64,000 nt of DNA, from contig NIVC01000364.1 in assembly GCA_002269645.1 (NCBI GenBank), positions 558,001-622,000 on the forward strand, written 5' to 3'. Positions 36,341-49,865 of this stretch are shown here, one piece after another (positions within the stretch are counted from its first letter, which is position 1; every line of letters starts with the position of its first letter). Below the pieces are notes generated by a model. The model worked only from the letters and a program-made list of their open reading frames with translations. It did not search any database and was not told the origin of the DNA. The translations under genes were made by a program, and so were the position numbers. The DNA comes from Macrostomum lignano (Eukaryota).

Positions 36341-37484
36341 CCACTCTGGCATACATCGTTAATCTTTTAATTAATTCCTGGACATAAAAGAACTTATTGA
36401 GTTTTTAACTTTCCCTCTTAAGTTTTTTCGTCTAGAACTCCTTATTGGTACTTTAAGTAGAGCGGTTTTTTTGATGAATATAAATGTCCTTTCAAGCTAC
36501 TATTCGTTAAGTAGTAGCTGTAATCGGCTTCTTGAAAGTATTGTATTACAAACAAAGTAAATTAACGAAAATATTATTTTGTAATGTATTGCATTGTCTA
36601 TTAAATAATGTTATAAAATTAATTGGGTAAAAGAAAACTATTTCCATTGTAGATACTATATGGCATTGTACATGTGCCCTCCACTGCTCCTTCCCTACTA
36701 ATTAGTACAATATGGATTTATCAAAAACGCCTTATTTCAAAATGATCGATTTGCTTTTTTTTCTAACCTAGCCAGCCTACTTATCAGTAAGCTGTTTCGC
36801 GCAGTAAAATTATCTGATTTATAATTGTCAACTAAATGATCGATTATGAAGCTACTTTTTGAAATTGGCCCTTTTTAGCGTATTAAACCAGATTATGATT
36901 TCCATTCCGCAATATATAATAAAGGGCTTGTTAATAAATTTTGCCTATCTGTTTGCGTTAATTTTAACACCACAGACCCGAAAATAAATGTGTTGAGGTT
37001 ATAAGAGCCGATCAATTTCAGTACTGTATGCTTAATTAATATCGTTTATATAAAAGTAAGTTAAGCTTTAATTTTTATCAGCTCGAAATGCCGGTTGTAT
37101 ATCAATATTGACTGTAATTATTACAATTTTTACTCTCACCCGCCAGTCTGTCTGCCTGTGGCTTGGATTTTTATAAATCTTCTTAAACCTTATTTATTTT
37201 GTACTGTTGGCCTGTGAATCTATTTTTATGCTATTTAATACCGATCGTTGCTATATATACTACTATAAGCTTAATTAATCGTGCGTACTATTTCTCAATA
37301 ACAAATAAATTAATGAATTTGTTTTTTATATCATTTCCGATTTTGGTTCCCAGCTAATCCAGGCGCCGAGGATCATTGGTCGTTGGTTAGAGAGCTGCGA
37401 GCTAAGCATATGTTTTGATTAGTTTAACTATAAAATATTAGCAGCGCAGTTTTTCATTGTGTTTGTTGCTTCTTTAACTAATTG

Positions 37485-39740
37485 CATCTGACACCCATTC
37501 TGCCATCTCCTGACACCCATTCTGGCAACTCCTGACACCCATTCTGGCATCTCCTGACACCCATTCTGGCAACTCCTGACACCCATTCTGGCATCTCCTG
37601 ACACCAATTCTGGCATCTCCTGACACCCATTCTGGCAACTCCTGACACCCATTCTGCCATCTCCTGACACCCATTCTGGCATCTCCTGACACCCATTCTG
37701 GCATCTCCTGACACCAATTCTGGCATCTCCTGACACCCATTCTGGCATCTCTTGACACCCATTCTGGCATCTCCTGACACCCATTCTGGCATCTCCTGAC
37801 ACCAATTCTGGCATCTCCTGACACCCATTCTGGCATCTCTTGACACCCATTCTGCCATCTCCTGACACCCATTCTGGCATCTCCTGACACCCATTCTGGC
37901 ATCTCCTGACACCCATTCTGGCATCTCCTGACACTCATTCTGGCATCTCCTGACACCCATTCTGGCGACTCCTGACACCCATTCTGCCATCTCCTGACAC
38001 CCATTCTGGCATCTCTTGACACCCATTCTGGCATCTGACACCCATTCTGGCATCTCCTGACACCCATCCTGGCGTCTCCTGACACCCATTCTGGCGACTC
38101 CTGACACCTATTCTGCCATCTCGTGACACTTATTCTGGCGACTCCTGACACCCATTCTGCCATTTCCTGACACTTATTCTGGCATCTTCTGACACCCATT
38201 CTGGCATCTCCTGACACCCATTCTGGCATCTCCTGACACCCATTCTGCCATTTCCTGACACTTATTCTGGCATCTTCTGACACCCATTCTGGCATCTCCT
38301 GACACCCATTCTGGCATCTCCTGACACCCATTCTGGCATCTCCTGACACCCATTCTGGCATCTCCTGACACCCATTCTGGCATCTCTTGACACACATTCT
38401 GGCATCTCCTGACACCCATTCTGGCGACTCCTGACACCCATTCTGGCATCTCCTGACACTCATTCTGGCATCTCCTGACACCCATTCTGGCGACTCTTGA
38501 CACCCATTCTGCCATTTCCTGACACTTATTCTGGCATCTTCTGACACCTATTCTGGCGACTCCTGACACCTAGTCTGGCGACTCCTGACACTTATTCTGG
38601 CATCTTCTGACACCCATTCTGGCATCTCCTGACACCCATTCTGGCGACTCCTGACACTTATTCTGGCATCTCCTGACACCCATTCTGCCATCTCCTGACG
38701 CTTATTCTGGCGACTCCTGACACCCATTCTGGCATCTCCTGACACCCATTCTGGCGACTCCTGACACCCATTCTGGCGACTCCTGACACCCATTCTGGCA
38801 TCTCCTGACACCCATTCTGGCGACTCCTGACACCCATTCTGGCATCTCCTGACACCCATTCTGGCATCTCCTGACACCCATTCTGGCATCTCCTGACACC
38901 CATTCTGGCATCTTCTGACACCCATTCTGGCGACTCCTGACACCCATTCTGGCATCTCCTGACACCCATTCTGGCATCTCCTGACACCCATTCTGGCATC
39001 TCCTGACACCCATTCTGGCATCTCTTGACACCCATTCTGGCATCTCCTGACACCCATTCTGGCGACTCCTGACACCCATTCTGGCATCTCCTGACACCCA
39101 TTCTGGCATCTCCTGACACCCATTCTGGCATCTCTTGACACCCATTCTGGCATCTGACACCCATTCTGGCATCTCCTGACACCCATTCTGGCGTCTCCTG
39201 ACACCCATTCTGGCGACTCCTGACATCCATTCTGGCGACCCCTGACCTGACACCCATTCTGGCGACTCCTGACACCTATTCTGCCATCTCGTGACACTTA
39301 TTCTGGCGACTCCTGACACCCATTCTGGCGACTCTTGACACCCATTCTGCCATTTCCTGACACTTATTCTGGCGACTCTCGACGCCTATTCTGGTGACTC
39401 CTGACACCCATTCTGGCCACTCCTGACGCCTATTCTGGTGACTCCTGACACCCATTCTGGCAACTCCTGACACCCATTCTGGCCACTCCTGACACCCATT
39501 CTGGCGACTCCTGACACCCATTCTGGTGACTCCTGACACCCATTCTGGCGACTCCTGACACCCATTCTGGCGCCTCCGGACACCCATTCTGGCGTCTCTT
39601 GACGCCTATTCTGGTGACTCCTGACACCCATTCTGGCCACTCCTGACGCCTATTCTGGTGACTCCTGACAACCATTCTGGCGACTCCTGACGCCTATTCT
39701 GGTGACTCCTGACACCCATTCTGGCGACTCCTGACACCAA
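37485..39740. repeat. 22-bp minisatellite
   Basis: TCTCCTGACACCCATTCTGGCA and ACTCCTGACACCCATTCTGGCG. Confidence 0.97.
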
Positions 39741-40316
39741 TTTTGCCAGATTCTCGAGCTACCTCAAATTCCATTGATTCAGGAAACAAATAGTTAATCT
39801 GATTATTATATGGAAATCGCGAGTTACTATTACTACTGCTAGCATCTGTTAAGTTTTTTTGACCCTTACTCTCGATGTGATGTCACTCCCGAATGGAAAG
39901 ATTGTTCCAATAATGGACCAGTAGGTCTTTTCTTACAATGAAGAATTTCTTTCTAAAGGCTAAAATAAATGAAGTGTGAATTGCGAATTGCTTTGTTGGC
40001 CAACACCGAAGGCCTGAGTTGCTATCCCTGCATGTCCTATAGGCTCATTCGGGCTTCGGTCAGTTCTATAGTTGCCAGGCGGGGTCTTAAGGATTCCGCA
40101 AAAAACTTCAGTACGGATGATCAGCGATGCGCGATACAGAGGGTCAAGCATGACGACTGGAGCTCATTGTGTCCCAGTATTTGATCCTGATCTTAACTCT
40201 GTCTATATGCGCCTGGCCCTTGTTGATTGCGCAACTTGAGCTCGATTTTTCTTGTCCTATGTGTCAGACAGTGGCCGTGCCTTCTGTAGGCACTACCAAC
40301 CTAGTTCTTGTCCCTT

Positions 40317-41713
40317 ACCTAGACACGGCCTATACGGCTGTACCTGTGCCTGTTTACAATTAGCTAGACACGGCCTATACGGCTGTACCTGTGCCTGTTT
40401 ACAATTAGCTAGACACGGCCTATACGGCTGTACCTGTGCCTGTTTACAATTAGCTAGACACGGCCTATACGGCTGTACCTGTGCCTGTTTACAATTAGCT
40501 AGACACGGCCTATACGGCTGTACCTGTGCCTGTTTACAATTAGCTAGACACGGCCTATACGGCTGTACCTGTGCCTGTTTACAATTAGCTAGACACTGCC
40601 TATACGGCTGTACCTGTGCCTGTTTACAATTAGCTAGACACTGCCTATACGGCTGTACCTGTGCCTGTTTACAATTAGCTAGACACGGCCTATACGGCTG
40701 TACCTGTGCCTGTTTACAATTAGCTAGACACTGCCTATACGGCTGTACCTGTGCCTGTTTACAATTAGCTAGACACTGCCTATACGGCTGTACCTGTGCC
40801 TGTTTACAATTAGCTAGACACGGCCTATACGGCTGTACCTGTGCCTGTTTACAATTAGCTAGACACGGCCTATACGGCTGTACCTGTGCCTGTTTACAAT
40901 TAGCTAGACACGGCCTATACGGCTGTACCTGTGCCTGTTTACAATTAGCTAGACACTGCCTATACGGCTGTACCTGTGCCTGTTTACAATTAGCTAGACA
41001 CTGCCTATACGGCTGTACCTGTGCCTGTTTACAATTAGCTAGACACTGCCTATACGGCTGTACCTGTGCCTGTTTACAATTAGCTAGACACGGCCTATAC
41101 GGCTGTACCTGTGCCTGTTTACAATTAGCTAGACACGGCCTATACGGCTGTACCTGTGCCTGTTTACAATTAGCTAGACACTGCCTATACGGCTGTACCT
41201 GTGCCTGTTTACAATTAGCTAGACACTGCCTATACGGCTGTACCTGTGCCTGTTTACAATTAGCTAGACACTGCCTATACGGCTGTACCTGTGCCTGTTT
41301 ACAATTAGCTAGACACGGCCTATACGGCTGTACCTGTGCCTGTTTACAATTAGCTAGACACGGCCTATACGGCTGTACCTGTGCCTGTTTACAATTAGTT
41401 AGACACGGCCTATACGGCTGTACCTGTGCCTGTTTACAATTAGCTAGACACGGCCTATACGGCTGTACCTGTGCCTGTTTACAATTAGCTAGACACTGCC
41501 TATACGGCTGTACCTGTGCCTGTTTACAATTAGCTAGACACTGCCTATACGGCTGTACCTGTGCCTGTTTACAATTAGCTAGACACTGCCTATACGGCTG
41601 TACCTGTGCCTGTTTACAATTAGCTAGACACGGCCTATACGGCTGTACCTGTGCCTGTTTACAATTAGCTAGACACGGCCTATACGGCTGTACCTGTGCC
41701 TGTTTACAGTTAC
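40317..41713. repeat. Highly homogeneous 45-bp minisatellite, 31 units
   Basis: CTAGACACKGCCTATACGGCTGTACCTGTGCCTGTTTACAATTAG. Confidence 0.98.
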
Positions 41714-42469
41714 CTTATCAGGGTGCGTCTAAAAATTGCCTTTATTTAAACAACATTTTTCTTTCCAGCTCATATTTTTAGATTGATTAAAATAAGCAGA
41801 ATATGGAAACAAAAATGCGCTAATACAAAAATTTTATTGTACAAAATTGTTTATTTACATTTGAAGTGATAATTTTAGCGTGGGCTGTGCTATGAATGCC
41901 ATGCCTATGAGTGAAAAAAAATGTCATACAGATGATTGAAAAAAACATACTAATATCTTTCTGCAAAAAAATGGTGAAATAGAGCACTTTTGTAAATAAA
42001 AATTAGTTTAAATCAGCCAACGTACATGTATCGTATAAACTTGATACTTTAAAGCACAAAATAAATTTGACGGAACCTACACACTGTGTGAAGTTCAAAA
42101 GAATCAATTTTAACTGTCACATAAATTAGTTTCACTTCAGCTCCTGTATCGAAAACGAAGTACCTCTTTAGTTTACTAATATAATAATATTTAAAGAAGT
42201 TTCCTCAATCCAGAGGAAAAAAGAAAACATGAGTCTTATTTTTTTCTAACTACGAGTACTGAGGGGAACCGTCTAAAAACTAATAAAATACAAGATATCA
42301 TGTTCTTTTATTTTTACAGATACTAAGTGTATTTAGTCGCGACCGTTACCTTTTGCCCCAGTGAACTGCAGCTCATGCCGGATGTGCAACACTCTTCGCT
42401 TCCAGCAGCTGCACCCAAAATACTTCTTCTAGCTTCTTCTTCAATGCTCGGAAATTGAGCCCAGAGTGC

Positions 42470-42471
42470 TA

Positions 42472-42511
<40 letters not shown>

Positions 42512-42575
42512 TTGCTGGTGTTGTTGCTGCTGCTGTTGGTGTTGCTGCTGCTGTTGCTGCTGCTGTTGTTGGTGA
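42470..42575. repeat. Mixed CAG/CAA trinucleotide tract (minus strand)
   Basis: (GCT/GTT)n on the plus strand. Confidence 0.9.
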
Positions 42576-42779
42576 TGAAGGTGTCAGTTTTAGTATAGGC
42601 AGTGGAAAGGACGGGCGAAGGTGGCATTGTGAGAAGACCGCGCGTGTGTGCTGCTGACCAATGTAATCGACCGGACTCGCTGTAAGCTCCTCGATCTGTT
42701 TAGGCTCTCTTCGGCCTCGTAGTTGAAGAAATAACGCGCGAACGAATAGTTTTAATACCAAGTTAAAAGTGAAGTATCG

Positions 42780-43270
42780 CTTAAAACTCCCGGCTCAACT
42801 CCACTCGGGGCCGAGGCGAGCCTTTATATATATTATTAGTTCAATCTCGCCCCCCCCCCCTGCCGCTGTAGGGGTGAATTTACGCGTGGGCGTGGCACGC
42901 TTTTCCGGTCTTTTAACACTGAACAAGCGAGTTGCTATTTGGGCGCGGTTAATTACCTAGGCGTTATTGTTTTGCCTAGATTGCGTTCGAGCGATTAGGG
43001 GAGGTCTAGTCTGAGTCTTTTTACCGTATTCCGCACGTCCACCGGGCCGGTTGCCACGCTCCTCGGGGTTGGTCGCCAAATTTGGGTGCGCCTGATGCTC
43101 CTCCCCGCCGGCGGACCTCCTGCGCCACCCACGCTCGATAACTTTTTTTCGCCGGGGTTTTTTCCGCCTGTCAACCGCCTCGCTCGTCTCGCCGACTCGC
43201 CATTGTCCGATCTGAAATGGGACTGGGGCTCACTGCTGTCTTTTAGCTGCAGCGCTTTGCTTTATCGCAT
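42780..43270. promoter_or_regulatory. CpG-rich promoter-like island
   Basis: Dense CpG, GC-box-like GGGCGTGGC, TTTATATA; next to a minus-strand CAG-rich segment that ends in a donor-like AAAG|GTAACG. Confidence 0.3.
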
Positions 43271-43617
43271 CTATTGAGTTGCCTTCTTCTAGACCTATTA
43301 TTTTGTTGCCACAGCCTCTTTTTCCGCCCAGCGTTCCTATAGCTTTCGGTGAAGTGTCGTTGCGTCTAGCGTTTTCTTTAGCTTTGGCTTCGCCTCGCCC
43401 AGCTCATGCTTTGCAACAGCCTCTTCTACTGCCGAATTTCCAAACCCTAGCTATACCCCACACGGCCTTGTTCGCAGCACATCGACCTTGTGGAGCCCTT
43501 CTTTGCGAAGCTGCGTCCTGTCCGAGAAGGCGGTAAAACTCTGATCAAGGTCCCGTCGATGTATTGCAAAAGCCCATATTTGTCATGGGACGTCGATAGA
43601 ATCGGATTGCTGTGAAG

Positions 43618-44085
43618 CTAGACACTATACCTATACGGCTGTACCTGTTCCTCTTTACAGTTAACAGTTACCTAGACACAACCATTACGGCTGTACCTGT
43701 TCCTCTTTACAGTTAACAGTTACCTAGACACAACCATTACGGCTGTACCTGTTCCTGTTTACAGTTAACAGTTACCTAGACTCAACCATTACGGCTGTAC
43801 CTGTTCCTCTTTACAGTTAACAGTTACCTAGACACAACCATTACGGCTGTACCTGTTCCTGTTTACAGTTAACAGTTACCTAGACTCAACCATTACGGCT
43901 GTACCTGTTCCTCTTTACAGTTAACAGTTACCTAGACACAACAATTACGGCTGTACCTGTTCCTGTTTACAGTTAACAGTTACCTAGACTCAACCATTAC
44001 GGCTGTACCTGCTCCTGTTTACAGTTAACAGTTACCTAGACACAACAATTACGGCTGTACCTGTGACTGTTTACAGTGCCTAGAC
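43618..44085. repeat. 52-bp minisatellite related to the 45-bp array
   Basis: CTAGACACAACCATTACGGCTGTACCTGTTCCTSTTTACAGTTAACAGTTAC. Confidence 0.95.
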
Positions 44086-45079
44086 ACTTAAGACCCTACC
44101 TTGTTCCAATCTATGTATATTACAGCTTCTCCTTCGACAGACACTGCCTGTTACTGTCTAAAGACATAGTCTATTTCTAATCTAAAACCACTGTTTTATC
44201 AGCCACGCACTCGCATTCAAACTAGACTACTCAGAGTAGGCAGATGCAATCGCAATTTCAACCGCGGACCATACAGCTCAACTCACTGCCGACTCAGGGC
44301 TAATTTAGCGAACAGAAATATCCTGAATGGGAACTAATTGAGCAGCGGTCTCCAACGCCCTTCACGCTGAATTGAGCTCACGCTCTATGGCCCTAATCCC
44401 CACAGTGATACGAGACCAATTGAACGGCCGCACAGGTGGCCAATGGCATCGGCCCACTCCTCTAAACTCCAAAGGGGATTTTAGTTGCTAGGCCTGGGCG
44501 CTCGAGGTTGATATCGAAAAAAATTGACCGACCTCTTGTGGAGCTGAAATCTACGATAGAATATTGGATGGATGACGCAGTTTTGACTGAATTTCATACC
44601 GCTCGTTCTTCCGTTCTTCCCGACCTTACCCAATATTTTTTCTCCTAATGCATGTATCTCCTCCCGGCCTCTGCCCGGTGACGCAAGAGGCTCCGGGGTA
44701 GCCGCAGGTGCCGCCAGTCAGTAGCGAAGTTTCTTCAAAGTTTCACAGAGAGCTAAGCCGATTAGGAGCTTAAGTCCACACGACCGAGGCTCGCGTGTCC
44801 GCCTGCGTCTTGCCCGCCTGCGTTACCCCCGGATGACTGCTGGTTGGCCATTTCACTGCATTCGTATGGATGTGGGGGCTGCTCCGGGCTAGCTTTTGGT
44901 GTTCTAATCAAGGATATTGTCATGTTGTTCTGTTGGGATCTTGCACAACATCTTTCCGTGTAAATTTTTGCCGAAACAATTCGATTGAATCGCGACTTAA
45001 GTCACCGCTAGAGCTAAATACTGTCTCAAATTCACTGAATCATATTCAACTGTCTCCCATGTTTGCCTATCTTACATGT

Positions 45080-45365
45080 CTCATGCTCACCCGTCTCATG
45101 TTCACCTGTCTCACCTGTCTCATGTTCACCTGTCTCACCTGTCTCATGTTCACCTGTCTCATGTTCACCTGTCTCATGTTCACCTGTCTCATGTTCACCT
45201 TTCTCACCTGTCTCATGTTCACCTTTCTCACCTGTCTCATGTTCACCTGTCTCATGTTCACCTGTCTCATGTTCACCTTTCTCACCTGTCTCATGTTCAC
45301 CTTTCTCACCTGTCTCATGTTCACCTTTCTCACCTGTCTCATGTTCACCTGTCTTATCTGTCTCA
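45080..45365. repeat. 15/24-bp minisatellite
   Basis: TGTCTCATGTTCACC with or without TTTCTCACC. Confidence 0.95.
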
Positions 45366-45929
45366 TGTCTCACACCCACATTTGAGTGTATTGAGTGGAC
45401 TGTGTAATCTACTGCATATTCACCAAGAACGGCCTGTCGGCCTGTCAGTGAGTGTGACACCTTGGATGACACTGGGGATTATTTAACTCACGCTACTATA
45501 CACTTTTGCACCTCGCCTCGTGTCTTCTAAAAGAAGAGAGTAGAGAGAGAGAGAAAGAAACAAACTCTATAGACTACAGTTCTCCTGGAAGCAGAGCGTG
45601 TTGACAGCCTGCGCACTGTGTGCTCTGCGCCCTCTCAAGACAGACTCGCGCAATCACCTGGGATTTCTTCCTGTGAAAAAGCCGAAGGGGCGAATGGCAA
45701 ACTTCGCCTCCGATGATCCGATTAGCAAACACTGCTGTCTGAGAAGAACAATTCTCTGAGCTGTATGCTCTAATTGGGTCCAGGAGAGCTGCTTAGATAC
45801 ACTCGAATCGAACTTTCGTACGATGTGTTAATTAAGCGCTGGGCGAGAATTTTTATCTACATTTTTGTCCGGGAATTTTAGCTCCAAACTTCCACAAAAC
45901 TTTGCTTAATTATCCCCCTCGCATCAGCA

Positions 45930-45936
45930 GAAGCAG

Positions 45937-45975
<39 letters not shown>
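45930..45975. repeat. (GCA)n microsatellite
   Basis: Direct reading of the sequence. Confidence 0.9.
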
Positions 45976-46319
45976 GATTCGACTTGCCTCTGAGTTTTTT
46001 GTTCCGCGCAGCTTCAAGTTTCACCTGATCTCGTGTCACAATTCGGGCAGTCAGGCAGACAGACGGACAGACGGACAGGGAGAGAACGCTTCTGCTGCTG
46101 CTGCTGCTGCTGTAAAAGAAGACGGCTCTCTGATGGGGCAGGGACGAGAAGAGAAAACGAAACGATGAGGCGCCCAGAGGAGACTGAGAGCTGCGAGCCA
46201 TGGAGTTCGAGATTGGGAAGTGTCTGGAGTGGAAATCGGCATTGCTACGCAATAATTCTGATTTCTTTTTAACCTAATGGCCTGATAGAATCTAGCGCAA
46301 CACTAAAAATCAGGGCCTG

Positions 46320-46575
46320 AGAGAGGAGAGGCAAGAGTAGAGAGGGGGAGAGGCGAGATGAGAGGAGCGGGGAGATAAGGGGAGAGAAGAGAGAGGGCAG
46401 ATGAGAGAGGAGAGTGGAGAGGAGAGAGGAGATGGGAGAGGAGGGGAGAAAGGAGAGAAGAGAGAGATGATGGGAGAGAGAGAGACGGGGGGAGAGGATA
46501 GAGAAGAGGGAAGAGGAGGGGAGATTAAAGGGAGATAGAAGAGAGAGGAGAAAAAAGAGAAGAGAGCTGAGAAGA
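46320..46575. repeat. GA-rich low-complexity tract
   Basis: Almost exclusively purines. Confidence 0.85.
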
Positions 46576-47154
46576 GACACAAACCTTGAGCGGGTTGGAT
46601 TGCTATTATTGTGAAGTTTCAAAGGACCCGAGTGGCTTCGCCAGTTTCCTTTCCAGATGCTCTATTATTAGACGTCCATGGCAAGCCAGTCCGGAGCATT
46701 AATTGCTCAATCTGCGTGAGTCGCCTCCCTTCCCCTGTCTTTGTCGCGTGAAAGTGACGGAGAGAGAGAGAGAGAAAAAAAAATCTTTTCCATTCACCTG
46801 AGAGAACCGACGGAATGCAGGGGGGGGGGGTGGTGGCGGCTGCTGCTGAGAGTGTGGGGGAAGGCGGATCCTCTTTCATGACTAGGATGAGCAATAATAG
46901 TAGACGTTCTGTTGCTTGAATGGTTAGTTAAGGGCCAGAAAATATGAGACAGCGCGAAAGCCCCCGTGTTGCTCGTATCGGATGCGAAAATCTGCTGTCG
47001 GGGCCCAAGGTGCAGATTGGAAGATTTTGCTTACAGATTTGCGATTTGCCTCTGCTGCCATCTGCTGCTCAAATTAAATAGATTTTTCTGCTTTTATGAC
47101 TGTTGTCTTTTGCCTGCCTGGCTCAGTGACGCCCAAGAAAGCTCAACTGAAAAA

Positions 47155-48362
47155 TCAGGCGCCACCCTGAACAATCAGGCGCGACCCTGAACAATCAGGC
47201 ACACAATGAACACTTAGGCGCCACCCTGAACAATCAGGAGCCACCCTGAACAATCAGGCGCCACCCTAAACAATCAGGCGCCACCCTGAACAATCAGGCG
47301 CCACCCTGAACAATCAGGAGCCACCCTGAACAATCAGGCGCCACCCTAAACAATCAGGCGCCACCCTAAACAATCAGGCGCCACCCTAAACAATCAGGCG
47401 CCACCCTGAACAATCAGGCGCCACCCTGAACAATCAGGCGCCACCCTAAACAATCAGGCGCCACCCTGAACAATCAGGCGCCACCCTGAACAATCAGGAG
47501 CCACCCTGAACAATCAGGCGCCACCCTAAACAATCAGGCGCCACCCTGAACAATCAGGCGCCACCCTGAACAATCAGGCGCCACCCTGAACAATCAGGCG
47601 CCACCCTGAACAATCAGGCGCCACCCTGAACAATCAGGCGCGACCCTGAACAATCAGGCGCCACCTTGAACAATCAGGCGTGACCCTGAACAATCAGGCG
47701 CGACCCTGAACAATCAGGCGCCACCCTGAACAATCAGGCGCCACCCTGAACAATCAGGCGCGCCACCCTGAACAATCAGGCGCCACCCTGAACAATCAGG
47801 CGCCACCCTGAACAATCAGGCGCGACCCTGAACAATCAGGCGCGCCACCCTGAACAATCAGGCGCCACCCTGAACAATCAGGCGCGACCCTGAACAATCA
47901 GGCGCCACTCTGAACAATCAGGCGTGACCCTGAACAATCAGGCGCCACTCTGAACAATCAGGCGCGCCACACTGAACAATCAGGCGCCACTCTGAACAAT
48001 CAGGCGCCACTCTGAACAATCAGGCGCCACCCTGAACAATCAGGCGCCACCCTGAACAATCAGGCGCGCCACCCTGAACAATCAGGCGTCACCCTGAACA
48101 ATCAGGCGCCACCCTGAACAATCAGGCGCGACCCTGAACAATCAGGCGCCACTCTGAACAATCAGGCGTGACCCTGAACAATCAGGCGCCACTCTGAACA
48201 ATCAGGCGCCACCCTGAACAATCAGGTGCCACTCTGAACAATCAGGCGCCACTCTGAACAATCAGGCGCGACCCTGAATAATCAGGCGCCACCCTGAACA
48301 ATCAGGCGCCACCCTGAACAATCAGGCGCCACCCTGAACAATCAGGCGCCACCCTGAACAAT
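47155..48362. repeat. 20-bp minisatellite
   Basis: CAGGCGCCACCCTGAACAAT. Confidence 0.97.
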
Positions 48363-49284
48363 AGACGCTGTTCTTGTACCCTGAAAGAAGGGCGCAATCA
48401 TATCAAAAAGCCTAAAAATCGCCCTTTTATGCTATTATTTTGCCAGTCACTTTTAAAGCAACTTTGCTTGGTCTTGCTTGGTCTTGTGTTCCATACCTTC
48501 ATGAAGAAATCAATGTACGCAACACCTTAGCCAACAATGGACAAAGTGTGCCAGCAGGGGGGAGGGCACTGCGGACTTTCCACAACGCCTCCAGGCTCTG
48601 TGAGCGGCCTGGTGTTAAGGGGATTTATTTACAGACTACTCCGCCCACCACCCCTCTCCTAAAAAAACCAGCACGAACCCCGCTTGCAATATTGGATTAG
48701 ACTAAATAGCCATTCAACAATCAGTTCGTGTAGGTGACAAGTCTTCCCAGCACACCTGCATAATATGAAGCTTTTTTTCAACCGAACTTCTTTAGCAAAC
48801 ACGAATTTCTATTGCAGGCATTGGCAAGTATTGAATATAAGTCAAATTGCCTGTGGGATCAATATTTACCCTGCAGACACTTCCCTTCCCAACTCGATAA
48901 GGCCACCGCAGCGGGAGGGTGAAGGGAGCGAGTAGCTCGAATGTTGAGTAATTATAAACTGAGGGAACAAACCAAACTTTTGGTAAAAAGTTCTGCATTT
49001 TCAAGTGAAATTTTTCAATGTGAAAATTAACTGTATTTATAATAGCATGATTAGTCGGATAGATTTGCAGCCTTGGTAACCCGAATTGGTTTGACACTCT
49101 CTTATCGAGATATTAATCTCCTTGTGGGTTTGCAGTTTGTTGTCTTAATCTTGAGATCGAAGGGGTCTGTCGTCACTGTTGGGAACAGAAAAATGAAGAT
49201 TTAATCCGGCATTGTGAAAGTTGGTTCCAGTGTAATGAAACAGCGATTAGTTTCCATCCTTGAACTGCCGATCTGCTGTGCTGT

Positions 49285-49862
49285 GTCTCATCTCCCTCCT
49301 CCCATCTGATCTCTCTCCTCCCATCTGATCTCCCTCCTTCCATCTCATCTCCCTCCTCCCATCTAATCTCCCTCCTCCCATCTAATCTCTCTCCTCCCAT
49401 TTAATCTCCCTCCTTCCATCTCATCTCCCTCCTCCCATCTAATCTCCCTCCTTCCATCTGATCTCCCTCCTTCCATCTGATCTCCCTCCTTCCATCTGAT
49501 CTCCCTCCTCCCATCTCATCTCCCTCCTTTCATCTGATCTACCTCCTTCCGTTTGATCTCCCTCCTTTCATATAATCTCTCTTCTTCCATTTAATTCCTC
49601 TCCTTTCATCTGATCTTCCTCGTTCCATCTGATCTCTCTCCTTTCATTTGATTTCTCTCTCCATCTAATCTCTCTCTCCTTCCATCTAATCTCTCTCTCC
49701 TTCCATCTAATCTCTCTCTCCTTCCATCTAATCTCTCTCTCCTTCCATCTAATCTCTCTCTCCTTCCATCTAATCTCTCTCCTACCATCTAACCTCTCTC
49801 TCTCCTGCCATCTAATCTCTCTCTTCTGATCTCTCTGATCTCTCTCCTTCTATCTAATCTCT
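49285..49862. repeat. ~21-bp CT-rich minisatellite
   Basis: TCTCCCTCCTYCCATCTRATC. Confidence 0.9.
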
Positions 49863-49865
49863 CAC

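Noticed and set aside
37370-37410. A-box-like TGGTCGTTGGTTAGAG suggesting a tRNA
   Set aside because: No B-box or cloverleaf follows.
33939-39675. Many 100-380 aa repetitive ORFs (SSVAGPASQ..., MPEWVSGDAR...)
   Set aside because: Produced by 28-bp and 22-bp tandem repeats lacking stops; no domain and no splice support.
40252-41781. 509-aa Cys-rich ORF resembling a metallothionein-like polymer
   Set aside because: Reading of a 45-bp array; unit divisible by 3 and stop-free by chance; no signal peptide or codon-level variation.
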